Source: an uncultured delta proteobacterium (GTDB lineage: Bacteria > Myxococcota_A > Polyangia > Fen-1088). Taken from it: a stretch of 64,000 nucleotides of DNA. Of this stretch, positions 9,206-21,349 are shown piece after piece. Under the pieces are notes generated by a model. It ran no database searches. It had not been told where the DNA came from and saw only the letters and a program-made list of their open reading frames with translations. Location: positions 32,001 to 96,000 of the forward strand of contig CAVTRY010000018.1 in NCBI GenBank assembly GCA_963737265.1, read 5' to 3'. The stretch's first letter is position 1, and each line of letters opens with the position of its first letter. A program made the position numbers and the translations under genes.

Positions 9206-10810
9206 CTAGTGCGGGCCGTGTGGGTGTTCGGGGTCGTAGCGGCCGTTGCCATTCACGTCGAAAAAGATGGGGTTGGTCAGGGCCAGCGGGTACACGCCGA
9301 AGATCCGGTTGTCGCCCACGACCGGCGCCATGATCTTGTTACCGTCGACGCGAATCACGGCGTAGCCGTCGGCTGCCAGGGCGATCTCCTCGGTCACGCG
9401 AAAGCGTTTGACGTCTTGGCTTTCCGGAACCGGCCAGCGCTTGGCCTCCTTGCCCGACACGTACAGGATTACGCGATTCACCGAGATCCACGGCGCGGCA
9501 TCCACTTCGATGTCCAAGACGGCCTTGCCGCCGAGGGCGGGCACGAGATCGCCGATGTCGCCCCGGCCGGACCTCACGCGCACGAAGGGGCCGGTGGTGA
9601 AAAAGGCGTGGTGGTTCTTGACGGCGGTGGCGACTTCTTGGGGCGTGACGTGATCCGGCCGATCGTCGCGCACGCGCACGTAATTGCGCGGGTAGCCGCC
9701 CATGTTGTACGTCAGATGATGAGTGTCTGAATTGCCCGTGGCCGTGGCCAGGTGGCCGTGGTTGAGCAGGCCGAGCCAGTCGTCGATGGTGCGGTCCACG
9801 CTCTTGCGCGCCGGATCCTGGTAGCCGTTGAGGACCTCGATGGCGTCGAAGTCGAAGGAAAATCCGGGGCGGCCGGCTCGATCCGAGTGTGGGTCGAATT
9901 CGCCGACGATAAAGTAGCCCACCTCGGAGTCGAGGCGCGGGTGATGCACGTCGATCAACGCCGCGGGCGCATTCTCCCGGACGTTGGCAAATATCTCTTT
10001 GGCGTTGTGGCCGCGAACCAAGATCGCGCCCTGTCCCGCGCGCGCTCGATCTTGCGGAAGGGGAAACGCGCCGAAATGGCCCCAGCCGTTGGTGGTGAGC
10101 TCGTCGCCGAGGGCGCTGGTGATAAGCGCTTCCAACCCAAGCTGGCGGATGGAGGGTGCGTAGCTGGTCACGGCGTTGTGGTCGGTGGACACGATCATGT
10201 CGATACCGTCGGCCACGAACTCGATGATCCGATGGGTGAGCGGCACGATCGAGTCCGGCGACGGCGCCGCGTGGACATGAAAGTCGGCGGACAGCCAACC
10301 GGTCGTGTCCACCACGTGGCGTAGCCGGGCGGTAAGCGTCGCGCCTTGCTGGCCAATTTGAACCTTGCGGTTCACCGACACGTCCCATTCCGGACCGCGG
10401 CTGACGTAGATGTCGTAGCTGCCGAAGGGAACGCGGATCGTCTCGCTGCCGACGGCGGAAAAAACGCGCTCGAATGCCGCGATAGCCAGCTCGCCCTCGG
10501 GGCGGCCGATGTCGTTGTGGGTGAAGGTCGGCTTGGGGGTGCCCTCGACGCCGACGAAGGTCAGCTTGCACGGGATCGGCTGTCCGCTATCCGCATCGCG
10601 AACGTCATAGGTCAGAAGGCCGCCGGCGTGGCAGTTCACCGGCGCGTGCTCTTGGTCGATGGCTGGTGCGGCTTCCTCTGGGTGCTTGCAACCTGGCACC
10701 GCGGCCTCGTCGGGATGAGGCCATGCCTGGGATACGAGGCCGAACGACGCGAGTGCGGCGCCGACCGCCGCCAGGAAAAGATGCGAGCGCCAAGAAGATG
10801 GAGGATGCAT
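9206..10810 (-). CDS. Secreted PHP-like (CehA/McbA-type) metallohydrolase
   Basis: Signal peptide; ADFHVH, STDHN, HFGAFP, HHPR, IEVLNG, GNSDTH, TNPIF motifs. Confidence 0.85.
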   Translation of the reverse strand: MHPPSSWRSHLFLAAVGAALASFGLVSQAWPHPDEAAVPGCKHPEEAAPAIDQEHAPVNCHAGGLLTYDVRDADSGQPIPCKLTFVGVEGTPKPTFTHNDIGRPEGELAIAAFERVFSAVGSETIRVPFGSYDIYVSRGPEWDVSVNRKVQIGQQGATLTARLRHVVDTTGWLSADFHVHAAPSPDSIVPLTHRIIEFVADGIDMIVSTDHNAVTSYAPSIRQLGLEALITSALGDELTTNGWGHFGAFPLPQDRARAGQGAILVRGHNAKEIFANVRENAPAALIDVHHPRLDSEVGYFIVGEFDPHSDRAGRPGFSFDFDAIEVLNGYQDPARKSVDRTIDDWLGLLNHGHLATATGNSDTHHLTYNMGGYPRNYVRVRDDRPDHVTPQEVATAVKNHHAFFTTGPFVRVRSGRGDIGDLVPALGGKAVLDIEVDAAPWISVNRVILYVSGKEAKRWPVPESQDVKRFRVTEEIALAADGYAVIRVDGNKIMAPVVGDNRIFGVYPLALTNPIFFDVNGNGRYDPEHPHGPH

Positions 10811-10850
10811 TGGCCGATGATAGGCCAAGACCGCGCGTCTGCGCCGCGAC

Positions 10851-12002
<1,152 letters not shown>

Positions 12003-12079
12003 GACGATGGGCTCCTTTCCGTTGGGGGATGGTACGAAACTAGCGCTTGGGCTTCGATTTGGCGAATTTATTGTGATCG

Positions 12080-12125
12080 TATTGTCTATTTACAGGTTTT
12101 ATAATATAAATATCGTTAATACATT
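12080..12125. promoter_or_regulatory. AT-rich divergent promoter with LysR T-N11-A box
   Basis: ATAA-ATATCGT-TAAT at 12106-12120 between divergent leuA and LysR genes. Confidence 0.55.
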
Positions 12126-12141
12126 CTGACACGGGATTCCC

Positions 12142-13008
12142 ATCGACCTTTCTACCCTCGAAGTCTTTCGGATCGTCGCCGCTGAAAAAAGCTTTTCGCG
12201 GGCGGCCGTCAAATTGGCACGCACGCAGCCTGCCATCTCGCTCGCCGTGCAGCGGCTCGAACAGGACCTGGGCGAATCCCTCATCGACCGCAGCGGGCGC
12301 CAGGTTCGCCTCACCGATGCCGGCCAAGTCGTTCTCGATCACGCCCGGCGCTTCGAGAATTTGCGCTCCGAGCTCACGTCGGCGCTGGCCGAGCTGCGCG
12401 ACAACGCCACCGGGCGCTTGCTTATCGGGGCCAACGAATCGGCCATCCTCTACCTGCTTCCGCTCATCAGCCGCTACCGTCGCCAGTATCCGCGGGTGAA
12501 GGTACAGGTGCGGCGCAGCCAATCGAGCAAGATACCGACGGAAATTCTCGAGGGAGATCTGGAGCTCGGTGTGGTGAGCTACGATCCCAACGACGACCGC
12601 CTCACCTCGCGCATCATCTACACCGACCACCTGGCCTGTGTCGTCTCGCCCCAACATCGACTGGCGCGACGCCGGTCGGTTTCCATTGCCGACCTGGGCA
12701 TGGAAACCTTCATCGGTCACATCGTGGTGTCCCCGTATAAAGAGGTCGTGGTGCGCGAATTCGAACGGCTGAAGGTTCCCCTCAACCGCGATTTGGAAAT
12801 GCCGACGGTCGAAGCCATCCGCAAGATGGTCCAGCGTAACGAAGGTGTGTCGTTCCTGCCGCGCATGTGCGTCGAGGACGAGATCGCCCAAGGGACGTTA
12901 CGCGAGATTCATGTCAAGGGTCTGATGGCCGAGCGCAAGATTCGCCTCGTGCATCCGGCCGGCCGGACGCTGTCGCACGCCGCGCGCGCCTTTCTGGCGC
13001 TGCTTTGA
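12142..13008 (+). CDS. LysR-family transcriptional regulator (apparent ATC start)
   Basis: In-frame (I)DLSTLEVFRIVAAEKSFSRAAVKLARTQPAIS HTH extends upstream of the TTG at 12214; LysR substrate-binding domain follows. Confidence 0.9.
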   Translation: MDLSTLEVFRIVAAEKSFSRAAVKLARTQPAISLAVQRLEQDLGESLIDRSGRQVRLTDAGQVVLDHARRFENLRSELTSALAELRDNATGRLLIGANESAILYLLPLISRYRRQYPRVKVQVRRSQSSKIPTEILEGDLELGVVSYDPNDDRLTSRIIYTDHLACVVSPQHRLARRRSVSIADLGMETFIGHIVVSPYKEVVVREFERLKVPLNRDLEMPTVEAIRKMVQRNEGVSFLPRMCVEDEIAQGTLREIHVKGLMAERKIRLVHPAGRTLSHAARAFLALL

Positions 13009-13026
13009 TGTGCTCTCGTTTCTAGT

Positions 13027-14400
13027 CTAGGGTTCGTCGCTTTCGTCGTCCGGGTCGGGCGCCTCGCCGGAACGCTCGATGGCGCGGTAGAGCGTCCGGC
13101 GGTCGATGCCGAGCTTGGCGGCTGCTTTTTTCTTGTTGCCGCCGCTCTCGGTGAGCACGAGGGCGATGTAGCGCTTCTCGAGCTCGCCCAGGGTGGGGCG
13201 GTCGTCGATGATTCCCGCCGGCGATGCCGGCGATCCGCCGTAGACCTCGACGGGCAGGTCCGACGGCAGGACCACGTTGCCTTTGGCCACTGCCACCGCG
13301 CGTTCGATGGCATTCTCCAGCTCGCGAACGTTGCCGGGCCAACCATAGCGGCAGAGAACATCGAGGGTCTCAGGCGACACGCTGGCCTCCGCGCGGCCTT
13401 CGCGCTTGGCGACCTTGTTGAGGAAGTGGCGCACGAGAATCGGGATGTCTCCGGCTCGGTCGCGCAGCGGCGGCATGCGGACGGTGACTACGTTGATGCG
13501 AAAATAGAGGTCTTCGCGGAAGCGGCCAGCTCTCACTTCGGCCTCGAGATCGCGATTGGTGGCGCACACCAGGCGCACATCCACACGGATGGCCTCGGTG
13601 CCTCCCACTGGGCGCATTTCCCCGTCTTGCAGGACGCGCAGGATTTGCGCTTGCATCTTCGGCCCCATGTCGCCGATTTCGTCGAGGAACAAGGTGCCGC
13701 CGTTGGCGGTTTCGAATAGACCGCGCTTGGCCGCGATGGCACCCGTGAAGGCGCCGCGCGCGTGACCGAAGAGCTCCGATTCGAGCAATGACTCGGAAAG
13801 CGCAGTGCAATTGACGGGCACGAAAGGCTTGGTGGTGCGTGGCGAACGGTTATGGATGGCGCGCGCGACTAGCTCCTTGCCCGTTCCCGATTCGCCCACG
13901 ACGAGCACGGTGGCAGTCGACGGAGCGACCCTGGCGACCAGCTTGTAGACGTCGAGCATGCGCTGGCTCTTGCCCTCGATGTCGGCGACTTGGTTCTTGG
14001 GGCCATGTGCCGGGGCGGCGCCCGCCTCGGCCGACAAACGCCGCCGTTCGAGCGCGCGGGCCACGGTCAGCCGGAGCTCTTCGATGTTGAACGGCTTCGA
14101 GACGTAGTCGTAGGCGCCATGTCCGATGGCTTCCATGGCGCCGGTCACGTCCCCGAACGCGGTGATGAGGATGACCGGCGTCGCGGGCGTTCGTTCGGTA
14201 AAGGCGCGTAATACATCCAGGCCGCCCACGCGTTCCATGCGCACGTCCGACAGAACCAGGTCGTAGCGTCCGTCGGCGGCGCGCGCCACCGCGGGAGCGC
14301 CGTCGTCCACGGCCTCGACCTCGAAGCCGTCGCTGCGCAAAATCTCGCAAAGCAGGTCGCGCGCCACCGCGTCGTCTTCAACTACGAGTACCCGGGTCAT
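13027..14400 (-). CDS. Sigma54-dependent response regulator (NtrC family)
   Basis: [27 protein letters not shown], Fis-type HTH. Confidence 0.95.
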   Translation of the reverse strand: MTRVLVVEDDAVARDLLCEILRSDGFEVEAVDDGAPAVARAADGRYDLVLSDVRMERVGGLDVLRAFTERTPATPVILITAFGDVTGAMEAIGHGAYDYVSKPFNIEELRLTVARALERRRLSAEAGAAPAHGPKNQVADIEGKSQRMLDVYKLVARVAPSTATVLVVGESGTGKELVARAIHNRSPRTTKPFVPVNCTALSESLLESELFGHARGAFTGAIAAKRGLFETANGGTLFLDEIGDMGPKMQAQILRVLQDGEMRPVGGTEAIRVDVRLVCATNRDLEAEVRAGRFREDLYFRINVVTVRMPPLRDRAGDIPILVRHFLNKVAKREGRAEASVSPETLDVLCRYGWPGNVRELENAIERAVAVAKGNVVLPSDLPVEVYGGSPASPAGIIDDRPTLGELEKRYIALVLTESGGNKKKAAAKLGIDRRTLYRAIERSGEAPDPDDESDEP

Positions 14401-15965
14401 GCTGTTCCTCCCGTGGACAGTTTGCGCGCGCCAGACTCGCCATCGCTGGCAGCGTGCAAGGGCAGGTGGACGGTAAAGGTCGAGCCCTTGCCGGGCGTGC
14501 TTTCGACTTCGATGGATCCACCTAAGGCTTTGGCGAGCTCACGGCAGATGGCGAGGCCGAGCCCGGTGCCCTTTCCCCGCCCTTTGGTCGTGTAAAAAGG
14601 CTCGAAAATACTGCGCAGATCCTCGGGCGAAATGCCCGCGCCGGTATCGGCGACGGCGATGCTGACCCTCTCGTTTTTCACCTGCGCCGAGACCGCGACG
14701 TGGCCGTCGCGGGCGATGGCGTCGAATGCGTTGGACAGAAGATTGATGATGATCTGGCGCAGCAGTCCGGGATCGGTGACAAAGCCGGAAGGCTCGTCGG
14801 CAATTTCGATGGCCACGACGCGTTTGGAGGCCGATTCACCGCCGCCCGTGACCTCGATGGCTTCTTGCAGAAGCTGGCGCAACGAAGTAGGCTTACGATC
14901 GGGTTCAAGCCCTCGCGTCGAATCGAGATAGTCGCGCACGATGCGGCCGATGCGGGCGATTTCCCGCGTGGCTACGTCCAGGCGCTCGCGCAGGGCCGGT
15001 TGCAAATCGCGCTGCAGGAGCGCGAGCTGCAAGTGGCCCGAGACCGACGAGAGTGGGGTGCCAATTTCGTGCGCGAGTTGGGCGGCAAGCTGGCCGAGAG
15101 TGGCGAGACGGACCTTGGACGCGTTTTCCTGGCGCAGGTCATTGAGCAAGCGGTTGAGCTGGGCCAACGCCATGTTCTTGCGCGACAGATCCAGCGTCGC
15201 CAGGTCGATTTCCTGCGCCAGGCGCAGATTGAATTCGCGGATTTCGCGATTGGCGTTTGAAAGCTGGTCCAGCATCTGGTTGAAACCCAGCGAAAGCCGT
15301 CCCACCTCGTCCGGTGCCCCCATGGCAACTCGGCGGTCGAGGTCGCCACCTTCTACGTCGCGCATCGCCGTTGCCAGCGTTTCGAGCCGGCGCAAGACGA
15401 CGCGATTGATGAGAAAGCCCGTGAGCAGAACCAGGGAGATGAGGTGCGCGCTCCCCAGGATCAGCGACCAACGCTCGGTGACTTTGATAATGGATTCGAC
15501 CGGGCCTAGACTCCAGTGCATCAGCAGGTTGCCCTGCCACGGACCCTTTAAGTCTACGACTCGCTGCAAAATGTAAACGTCGCCTTCGGTAGCCTTGCGC
15601 GAATACACGATTGGCTCGCGGGGAAGCGACGACAGACGCGTGATTTCGGTGGCCTCGCCGCGCGGGGCGACGATGCGCACCGACGGCGAACTCGGAACGT
15701 CGTGCTCGACCACCAGTTGTAGCCGCTGGATGCGCGGGTGCCGGTTGATGAAGTTCGACAGGGCGATCGCGTAGTCGCGTTCCTCGGCGTCGGGCTCGAA
15801 TCGCTCCAAGTTCTGTTTGATGTCGTCCGCGATCTCGTCGGCTGACGCCTGCGCCTGCCGAGTGAGTTCGCGGCGCATAGCATAAATGCGCACCCACAGC
15901 GTGGCGCCAGCCGTCACCGCCGCGCTGGCGGCGACCAGAATCCACACTTTGCCTCGGATCGTCAC
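14397..15965 (-). CDS. Sensor histidine kinase (periplasmic domain, HAMP)
   Basis: Two TM segments, HAMP, LAHEIGTPL, NAFDA, GTGLGL; 4-bp overlap with the regulator. Confidence 0.95.
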   Translation of the reverse strand: MTIRGKVWILVAASAAVTAGATLWVRIYAMRRELTRQAQASADEIADDIKQNLERFEPDAEERDYAIALSNFINRHPRIQRLQLVVEHDVPSSPSVRIVAPRGEATEITRLSSLPREPIVYSRKATEGDVYILQRVVDLKGPWQGNLLMHWSLGPVESIIKVTERWSLILGSAHLISLVLLTGFLINRVVLRRLETLATAMRDVEGGDLDRRVAMGAPDEVGRLSLGFNQMLDQLSNANREIREFNLRLAQEIDLATLDLSRKNMALAQLNRLLNDLRQENASKVRLATLGQLAAQLAHEIGTPLSSVSGHLQLALLQRDLQPALRERLDVATREIARIGRIVRDYLDSTRGLEPDRKPTSLRQLLQEAIEVTGGGESASKRVVAIEIADEPSGFVTDPGLLRQIIINLLSNAFDAIARDGHVAVSAQVKNERVSIAVADTGAGISPEDLRSIFEPFYTTKGRGKGTGLGLAICRELAKALGGSIEVESTPGKGSTFTVHLPLHAASDGESGARKLSTGGTA

Positions 15966-16053
15966 GGCGCAATCCTATCCGCAATCGCTCCTGCTGCTTC
16001 GATCAGTTTCCAGGCTCACGCTCGGTGCCGGGAGCGCGCCGCAGAGCTTGGCG

Positions 16054-16092
16054 GAAAAAGAAAAGCCCCCGGAACGGTCATCCCGGGGGCTC
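16054..16092 (-). terminator. Rho-independent terminator
   Basis: Minus strand AGCCCCCGGGA-TGACCG-TTCCGGGGGCT followed by TTTCTTTTT. Confidence 0.85.
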
Positions 16093-16158
16093 TTCGGGAA
16101 GAGCCAGGACGTCCGGGAAAAACCCGTCGTCCTGAGCGCTTCAAGGCGTGGAAGTCGA

Positions 16159-16341
16159 TTACTTCGCGGCCTCGCCGTCGGTCTTCTTCTCATCGGCCTT
16201 CTTGGCCTTCTTGCCCTTCTTCTTGGCCGGCTTCTCACCTTCGGCAGCAGCGGCCTTTTCTTCGCCAGCGGAGGCCAGCGAGGTGCTGGCCAACGGGATC
16301 GCGAAGGCAAGAGCGAGGAGGATAACGCGAGTGAGCTTCAT
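16159..16341 (-). CDS. Small secreted Lys/Ala/Glu-rich protein
   Basis: AAGGAG RBS, signal peptide ending ASA, charged low-complexity mature part, own promoter and terminator. Confidence 0.85.
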   Translation of the reverse strand: MKLTRVILLALAFAIPLASTSLASAGEEKAAAAEGEKPAKKKGKKAKKADEKKTDGEAAK

Positions 16342-16400
16342 TGGGGTCTCCTTGTTGTCTGTTTCCGTGAACCTTGCGGTCCGGTTGTTCCTCCTTCCCT

Positions 16401-16416
16401 TGCAGCGAGTGTGCCA
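16401..16416 (-). promoter_or_regulatory. Sigma54 -24/-12 promoter
   Basis: Minus strand TGGCAC-ACTCG-CTGCA (GG-N10-GC) 60 bp upstream of the small gene. Confidence 0.8.
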
Positions 16417-16523
16417 CGACAGGGAAGATTCATCTTATCAATGATCTTAGCAACTTACGCTGATCTTGTGGAAATCAGCAAGATGGGGTGTGTGGCGGTT
16501 CTGTCACCTGGCCGAGAGCGTTG

Positions 16524-16540
16524 TGAGGCAAAATGCCTCA
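16524..16540. promoter_or_regulatory. Perfect palindrome, candidate enhancer (UAS)
   Basis: TGAGGCA-AAA-TGCCTCA about 110 bp upstream of the sigma54 site. Confidence 0.55.
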
Positions 16541-17014
16541 TTGCTTTTGCTCTGACTGGGTAAGAATGGCGATGTTCTTCGCTCCCGCCTTTTTGGCGAT
16601 AGCCATGAGGTCGACCGCCGCGCCGAGGAAGACGCTCTTGTCGCCACGCAGGAGTAGCGTTTCCGAATCCACCTCGACCAATGCCTTGTGAATTTCTTCC
16701 TCAAGGCGCGCGGGATCGATCTTGCGCGACAGAAGATAGAGCTCGTTGTTTTTGGTAACGGTGAGGACCGGGTCGGTGCGCCGCTTGGTCACCGCGCCCG
16801 CGGCATTGGCCTTCGGCAAGGCAACCTTCACGCCGGTTCGCGACGACACCTCGGATTCCACGATGGCCGTGGAAGTCACCATGAAGATAATGAGGAGCAC
16901 GAGGAAGACGTCGGTAAGCGGAGTGATGTTGATCTCCGCGACGATGGATTCTCGCGCTTCGCCCTCGGCCTCCGCGTCTGCGCTCGGGTCGTCGATTTGC
17001 ACGCTCATCGACAT
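16538..17014 (-). CDS. exbD: ExbD/TolR biopolymer transport protein
   Basis: EINITPLTDVFLVLLIIFMVT. Confidence 0.9.
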   Translation of the reverse strand: MSMSVQIDDPSADAEAEGEARESIVAEINITPLTDVFLVLLIIFMVTSTAIVESEVSSRTGVKVALPKANAAGAVTKRRTDPVLTVTKNNELYLLSRKIDPARLEEEIHKALVEVDSETLLLRGDKSVFLGAAVDLMAIAKKAGAKNIAILTQSEQKQ

Positions 17015-17027
17015 GGCATGAACCTAG

Positions 17028-17711
17028 CTAGGACGGCGGCGGACTGCCGGGCGCCTGCGCTGGCACGGCGGAGACGACACTGCCGCGGGACTTGGCGAAT
17101 TCGCCCAGGGCCAGCAGGAACTCTTCGCAGAAGACCTTATATTGAATCGCGATGGCGCCGACTTTGGCCACGAAATAGTTGTAGGCGATGATGGCGTAGA
17201 TAGCGACCAGGAGTCCGGCCGCGGTCGCGACCAAGGCGGCAGCGATCCCTTGTGAAACCACCTTGAAACCGCCCGTGCCGGCCATGGACATGGACTGGAA
17301 CGCCTTGAGGATGCCGACCACGGTGCCGAAAAGTCCAACGAAGGGCGCCGACGAGCCGACGGTGCCAAGCGCCCACAGGAATCGCCTGAAGCCAGCCAGC
17401 GCGACGACACGCTGGGAATTTACTGCCTCGGTGGTTTTGTGCGGGGTTTTGCCGAACACGCGCAGGCCGCGGCCGAACACCTCGCCCAAGGGATCAGTCC
17501 CGGTTTCGCACAGGGCGGAAGCTTTGGCTAAGTCGCCTTTCTCCACCGCCTCGACGACACGATTCTTGAACGCCTCGGATCTGGGAAGAACCTTCCACAA
17601 GGCGTAGATGCGCTCGCAGATGACTGCCATTCCGGCCACCGACCACAACAACAGCAGCAAGAGAATGGCCCACTCGTCGTGGATGAGGTTGCGTATGGTT
17701 TCCCAGGTCAT
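17028..17711 (-). CDS. exbB: MotA/TolQ/ExbB proton channel protein
   Basis: APFVGLFGTVVGI, GIAAALVATAAGL. Confidence 0.9.
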   Translation of the reverse strand: MTWETIRNLIHDEWAILLLLLLWSVAGMAVICERIYALWKVLPRSEAFKNRVVEAVEKGDLAKASALCETGTDPLGEVFGRGLRVFGKTPHKTTEAVNSQRVVALAGFRRFLWALGTVGSSAPFVGLFGTVVGILKAFQSMSMAGTGGFKVVSQGIAAALVATAAGLLVAIYAIIAYNYFVAKVGAIAIQYKVFCEEFLLALGEFAKSRGSVVSAVPAQAPGSPPPS

Positions 17712-17777
17712 TGAGTTGGCTCAGTAGGGTGCTAGCTCGGCGACGCTTTGTCCAGCTTCTCCGCTACAATGGCAACC

Positions 17778-20024
17778 ATGTCACAGCGTGGACCAGGCGC
17801 AAGGTTGCCAAGGCTGGGTCGCCAGTTGCTGGCCGCCGGCTTGATTCTCGACGCTGCCGAGCTGGTTTGCTGCGGACTTCCCCTGGTGTTGTGGATGCGG
17901 AACTTGCCGTGGGGAATGCTTTGGTTGAAGGTTGCGCTGCCCCTGACGGTGACCGCGTGGGCGGCGGCGGCGCTGCGCATGGCCTATCTGCTGCGGCCTC
18001 TTCTCGATCTTGTGACGGCGATTCGCCAGGGCGGCAAGCCCAGGCCGCCCGAGGCCGAGGTGGCCCGCCTCGCGCTTTCGCGTGCCCCGCGCGAGGTGGC
18101 GGTGGTGCACCTATTGGTGTGGGCGGCGGTCGCTGCCTCGCTTCCCCTTCACGCGGTTTTCAGGGGTGAGCGCGATCCGCTGGGCGCGGCGGCGCTGATT
18201 CAGCTTGTCCTGCTTACCTCGGCTGGGTTGGCGGCGATTCGCACCTTGGCACTCGAAATCATCATGGGACCCACGCGTCCCATTCTACTTCCGAACCTGC
18301 AGGGGATCCGGGTCTTCGCCGATCGCTACCGGGGCGCCCTGTTGGCCGTTGGGGTTGCGCTGCTTGGGCTGTGGCAGACGGTGCTGGCGTTTTTCGCTAT
18401 CACCTTGGGACAGATACCAGGTGTCGCTTTGACCTCGGGCATGTTCGCGCTGTGGCCGGTCCTGATTTTGTCGGCGTATGCCTGGTGGCGCTTGCTGCTG
18501 GCGCGTACCCGGCCTGTCGAAGAGTACTTCGATCTGGCGTTGCGAACCAAGGCGAGCAAGGGTCCGCCGCGCGACGATCCCACGGCCGTGGCCGCCTTCG
18601 TCGCCGCACAACGCACGCCCTATTCCCTGGCCATGATCCAGTCGCTCGCGTTTCTGTCCGCCGGTCTGTTTGCGGTCGTCTACTTGCGCGCCAGCCGGGA
18701 CATGCCGCTGGCGACGGCGGGTAGGCTGTTTCTCATCGTTCTTCTCGTCTCGCTGATTGCCGCCATCTACCAGACGCTGCTACTTCAGCAGATTCTTCGA
18801 CCTCTCATCCGCCATCTTGGCTCTCGGCATTCCCTTCCGCTCGAACAGGTCCGCGCGCCCTACGGGCTGCGTGCCAAGTTGGGCACGACGATGGCGTCGG
18901 CGTTGGTCGCTTCTTGCGCTTTTTTGTGGCTGCAAGGTTCCGGGCAGGTTCATTCATCTTGGGGAGTCGCACCTCTCGTCGTTGCGGCGGCGCTGATTGC
19001 CGGCATCCTGCTCCTGATCATTCGAGACGTGGTGGCGCCGCTGCGCACCCTCGAAGATCGATCCGGCGAGATGGCGAAAGGGCAGCTGGCACGGCCGGTA
19101 CCGCCGTGGGGAGAGGCGGATGAAATCGGCCGTCTGGCTGTGATTTTCGAGGAGATGCGGCGGTCATTGCGCGATCGCCTGCGCTCGACGGAATCCATCA
19201 ACGTGGATCTGGAGCGCGAGGTGCAGCGGCGAACCCTAGCCCTCGAACAGCGCAACGCCGAGCTGCACGAAGCTTTGGACAAGTTGCGGCGCGCGCAGGA
19301 CAACCTCGTGCGCAGCGAGAAGCTCGCTTCCATGGGCCGCCTGGTGGCCGGCATCGCCCACGAGATTAACAATCCCGTCAATGCCGTCATCAATTCTCTC
19401 GGACCCCTCGAAGAAATCGTGAAGCAGATTGCGACAGGCGAGGGCGGCGCCGCGGCCACGCTGGCCCAAGAGGCCGAGGAAGTCTTGGCCGTGGTGCAAC
19501 GGGGAGCCGCTCGCACCAAGGCCATCGTTCAGGCGCTGCACGGCTACGCGCGCGGCGACGATTCGGTCCAGCGCGAAGTCTGTCTGGCGCGCAGTGTGGA
19601 GGACACGCTCGGGTTGCTCCAGCATCGCTTGCGCAAGGTGAAGGTTGTGAAAGCCGTCGGCCCCGACGTGCGCATCATGGGTTTTCCGGGGCAGGTCGAT
19701 CAGGTGCTCATGAACTTGCTCACCAACGCCGCGCAGGCCATGGGCGACCGGGGCGGAACTATCGAGATCGCTGCCAGCAACCGCGACGATAGCGTGTTGC
19801 TGACCGTCGCGGACGAAGGGCCGGGAATTCCGCAAGAAATTCTGCCGCGCATTTTCGATCCGTTCTTCACCACCAAGGATGTCGGCGAAGGATCCGGTCT
19901 AGGGCTTTCCATCGTTCACGGCATCGTCGAGCGCCACGGTGGCCACATCGACGTCGACAGCCAGCTGGGCCAGGGGACCAAATTCTCGATTTCGTTCCCC
20001 CTTCCACCGTCGGGCCCGCCCTAA
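17778..20024 (+). CDS. Multi-TM sensor histidine kinase with HAMP
   Basis: Many TM helices, [32 protein letters not shown]; start approximate. Confidence 0.9.
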   Translation: MSQRGPGARLPRLGRQLLAAGLILDAAELVCCGLPLVLWMRNLPWGMLWLKVALPLTVTAWAAAALRMAYLLRPLLDLVTAIRQGGKPRPPEAEVARLALSRAPREVAVVHLLVWAAVAASLPLHAVFRGERDPLGAAALIQLVLLTSAGLAAIRTLALEIIMGPTRPILLPNLQGIRVFADRYRGALLAVGVALLGLWQTVLAFFAITLGQIPGVALTSGMFALWPVLILSAYAWWRLLLARTRPVEEYFDLALRTKASKGPPRDDPTAVAAFVAAQRTPYSLAMIQSLAFLSAGLFAVVYLRASRDMPLATAGRLFLIVLLVSLIAAIYQTLLLQQILRPLIRHLGSRHSLPLEQVRAPYGLRAKLGTTMASALVASCAFLWLQGSGQVHSSWGVAPLVVAAALIAGILLLIIRDVVAPLRTLEDRSGEMAKGQLARPVPPWGEADEIGRLAVIFEEMRRSLRDRLRSTESINVDLEREVQRRTLALEQRNAELHEALDKLRRAQDNLVRSEKLASMGRLVAGIAHEINNPVNAVINSLGPLEEIVKQIATGEGGAAATLAQEAEEVLAVVQRGAARTKAIVQALHGYARGDDSVQREVCLARSVEDTLGLLQHRLRKVKVVKAVGPDVRIMGFPGQVDQVLMNLLTNAAQAMGDRGGTIEIAASNRDDSVLLTVADEGPGIPQEILPRIFDPFFTTKDVGEGSGLGLSIVHGIVERHGGHIDVDSQLGQGTKFSISFPLPPSGPP

Positions 20025-20048
20025 GCCGTCGGTTGCGGTCGTTGAGTT

Positions 20049-20744
20049 CTAAGTTGGCATCGCGTGGTCGGCCGGCCTCTTGCTGATGAAGCTGAGAACC
20101 AGCACCCAAAAACAGAGCGCGAGATTGAAAAGCGGAATTTGCAGCGGCGCTGGCAGGCAGTAGATGATGGCCACGGCCGGAAACCAAACCGCCCAAGTCG
20201 ACATGAGCGTTACCGGCACGGAGAAGGTCAGGAAGTCGACACCCAACCTCGACCGTATCGCGCTTAACGAGAAGGAACTTTCCTTCCACATGAAGGCCAG
20301 TGCCGATATCGGGGCCGACCAAAACGGATTGTAGATGAGCTGATCCACCAGCACCTTGCGCACGATCGTCCCCGGGGACGCGTGATGACCAAACATGTGC
20401 GACTGCAAGCGATAGAACAGATCGACCTCGACGCCCTTGTAGGCCCAGAAAAGCGTGTAGAAAGCGAGCTCGGCCACCCATCGATTGCGACGAATCCTTC
20501 CTTTGACCATGAGAAAGAGAAAGGGCACACAGCCGCCAAAGAGCGCCGTGGTTGTCGCCGAGAAGGCAAGACCGTAGCGGCTCTTCCATTGTCCGACGCC
20601 GTCGAAGACGGCATGGGCAGAGGGGGAGATCCGGTCCACGCAGACAAGCACGAGGGCAAGAGTCCATAACGCGAGCCCTGGCAGAGCATTTTGCTTCATA
20701 CCGGCCATTCCCGAGGCAAGGAGCTTTTTCCCGTCGAGTTTCAT
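20049..20744 (-). CDS. Mpv17/PMP22-like membrane protein
   Basis: KVLVDQLIYNPFW and WAVWFPAVAIIYCLP...FWVLVLS patterns; start 20744 or 20828. Confidence 0.7.
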   Translation of the reverse strand: MKLDGKKLLASGMAGMKQNALPGLALWTLALVLVCVDRISPSAHAVFDGVGQWKSRYGLAFSATTTALFGGCVPFLFLMVKGRIRRNRWVAELAFYTLFWAYKGVEVDLFYRLQSHMFGHHASPGTIVRKVLVDQLIYNPFWSAPISALAFMWKESSFSLSAIRSRLGVDFLTFSVPVTLMSTWAVWFPAVAIIYCLPAPLQIPLFNLALCFWVLVLSFISKRPADHAMPT

Positions 20745-20827
20745 TTGCGTCCGCGCAAGAGTAACAGAGTGGTAATGATCGGTGTGCCGCCGGTGGCGAG
20801 GCTCTAACCCTCGCCGCTCGGACTGCA

Positions 20828-21334
20828 CTACCGCCGTCGCCGATACGTCTCATACGTGAAGCGCACCGGTTGGTGACTCACGCTGTCGACCCCTTCGTGG
20901 GTTTCCTCGAACAAGCGTTCCCAGTCGTTCGCATCGTAATCTGGGAAGCGCACATCACCCTCGAAATTGCGATGGACACGCGTCAAGTCGAGGACATCGG
21001 CTACCTTCATGGCGAGACGGTAGATGGTTGCGCCCCCGGTGATGAACGCCTTCCCTTCGCCCTTAGAGTGCACGTAGGCGATAGCTTCGTCGAAGTCGTG
21101 AAACAACGTGACCCCCGGCTGGTAGTCGCGATTCGACGTGAGCACGATGTTCTCGCGCCCCGGCAGCGGACGGGATGGCAGGGATTCGTAAGTTGCGCGT
21201 CCCATGATACAGGGGTGCCCGAAGGTCAAGCGCTTGAAGCGCCTGAAATCCTCGCTGATGCGCCAAGGGATGTCGTTCTTGCTGCCGATCACGCCGTTTT
21301 CGGCTACGGCGGCAATGATAATGATCTGGGTCAT
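20828..21334 (-). CDS. folA: Dihydrofolate reductase
   Basis: VIGSKNDIPW, IMGRATYES, LPGRENIVL, ITGGATIY. Confidence 0.95.
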   Translation of the reverse strand: MTQIIIIAAVAENGVIGSKNDIPWRISEDFRRFKRLTFGHPCIMGRATYESLPSRPLPGRENIVLTSNRDYQPGVTLFHDFDEAIAYVHSKGEGKAFITGGATIYRLAMKVADVLDLTRVHRNFEGDVRFPDYDANDWERLFEETHEGVDSVSHQPVRFTYETYRRRR

Positions 21335-21349
21335 GGGGATGGCACTCGT

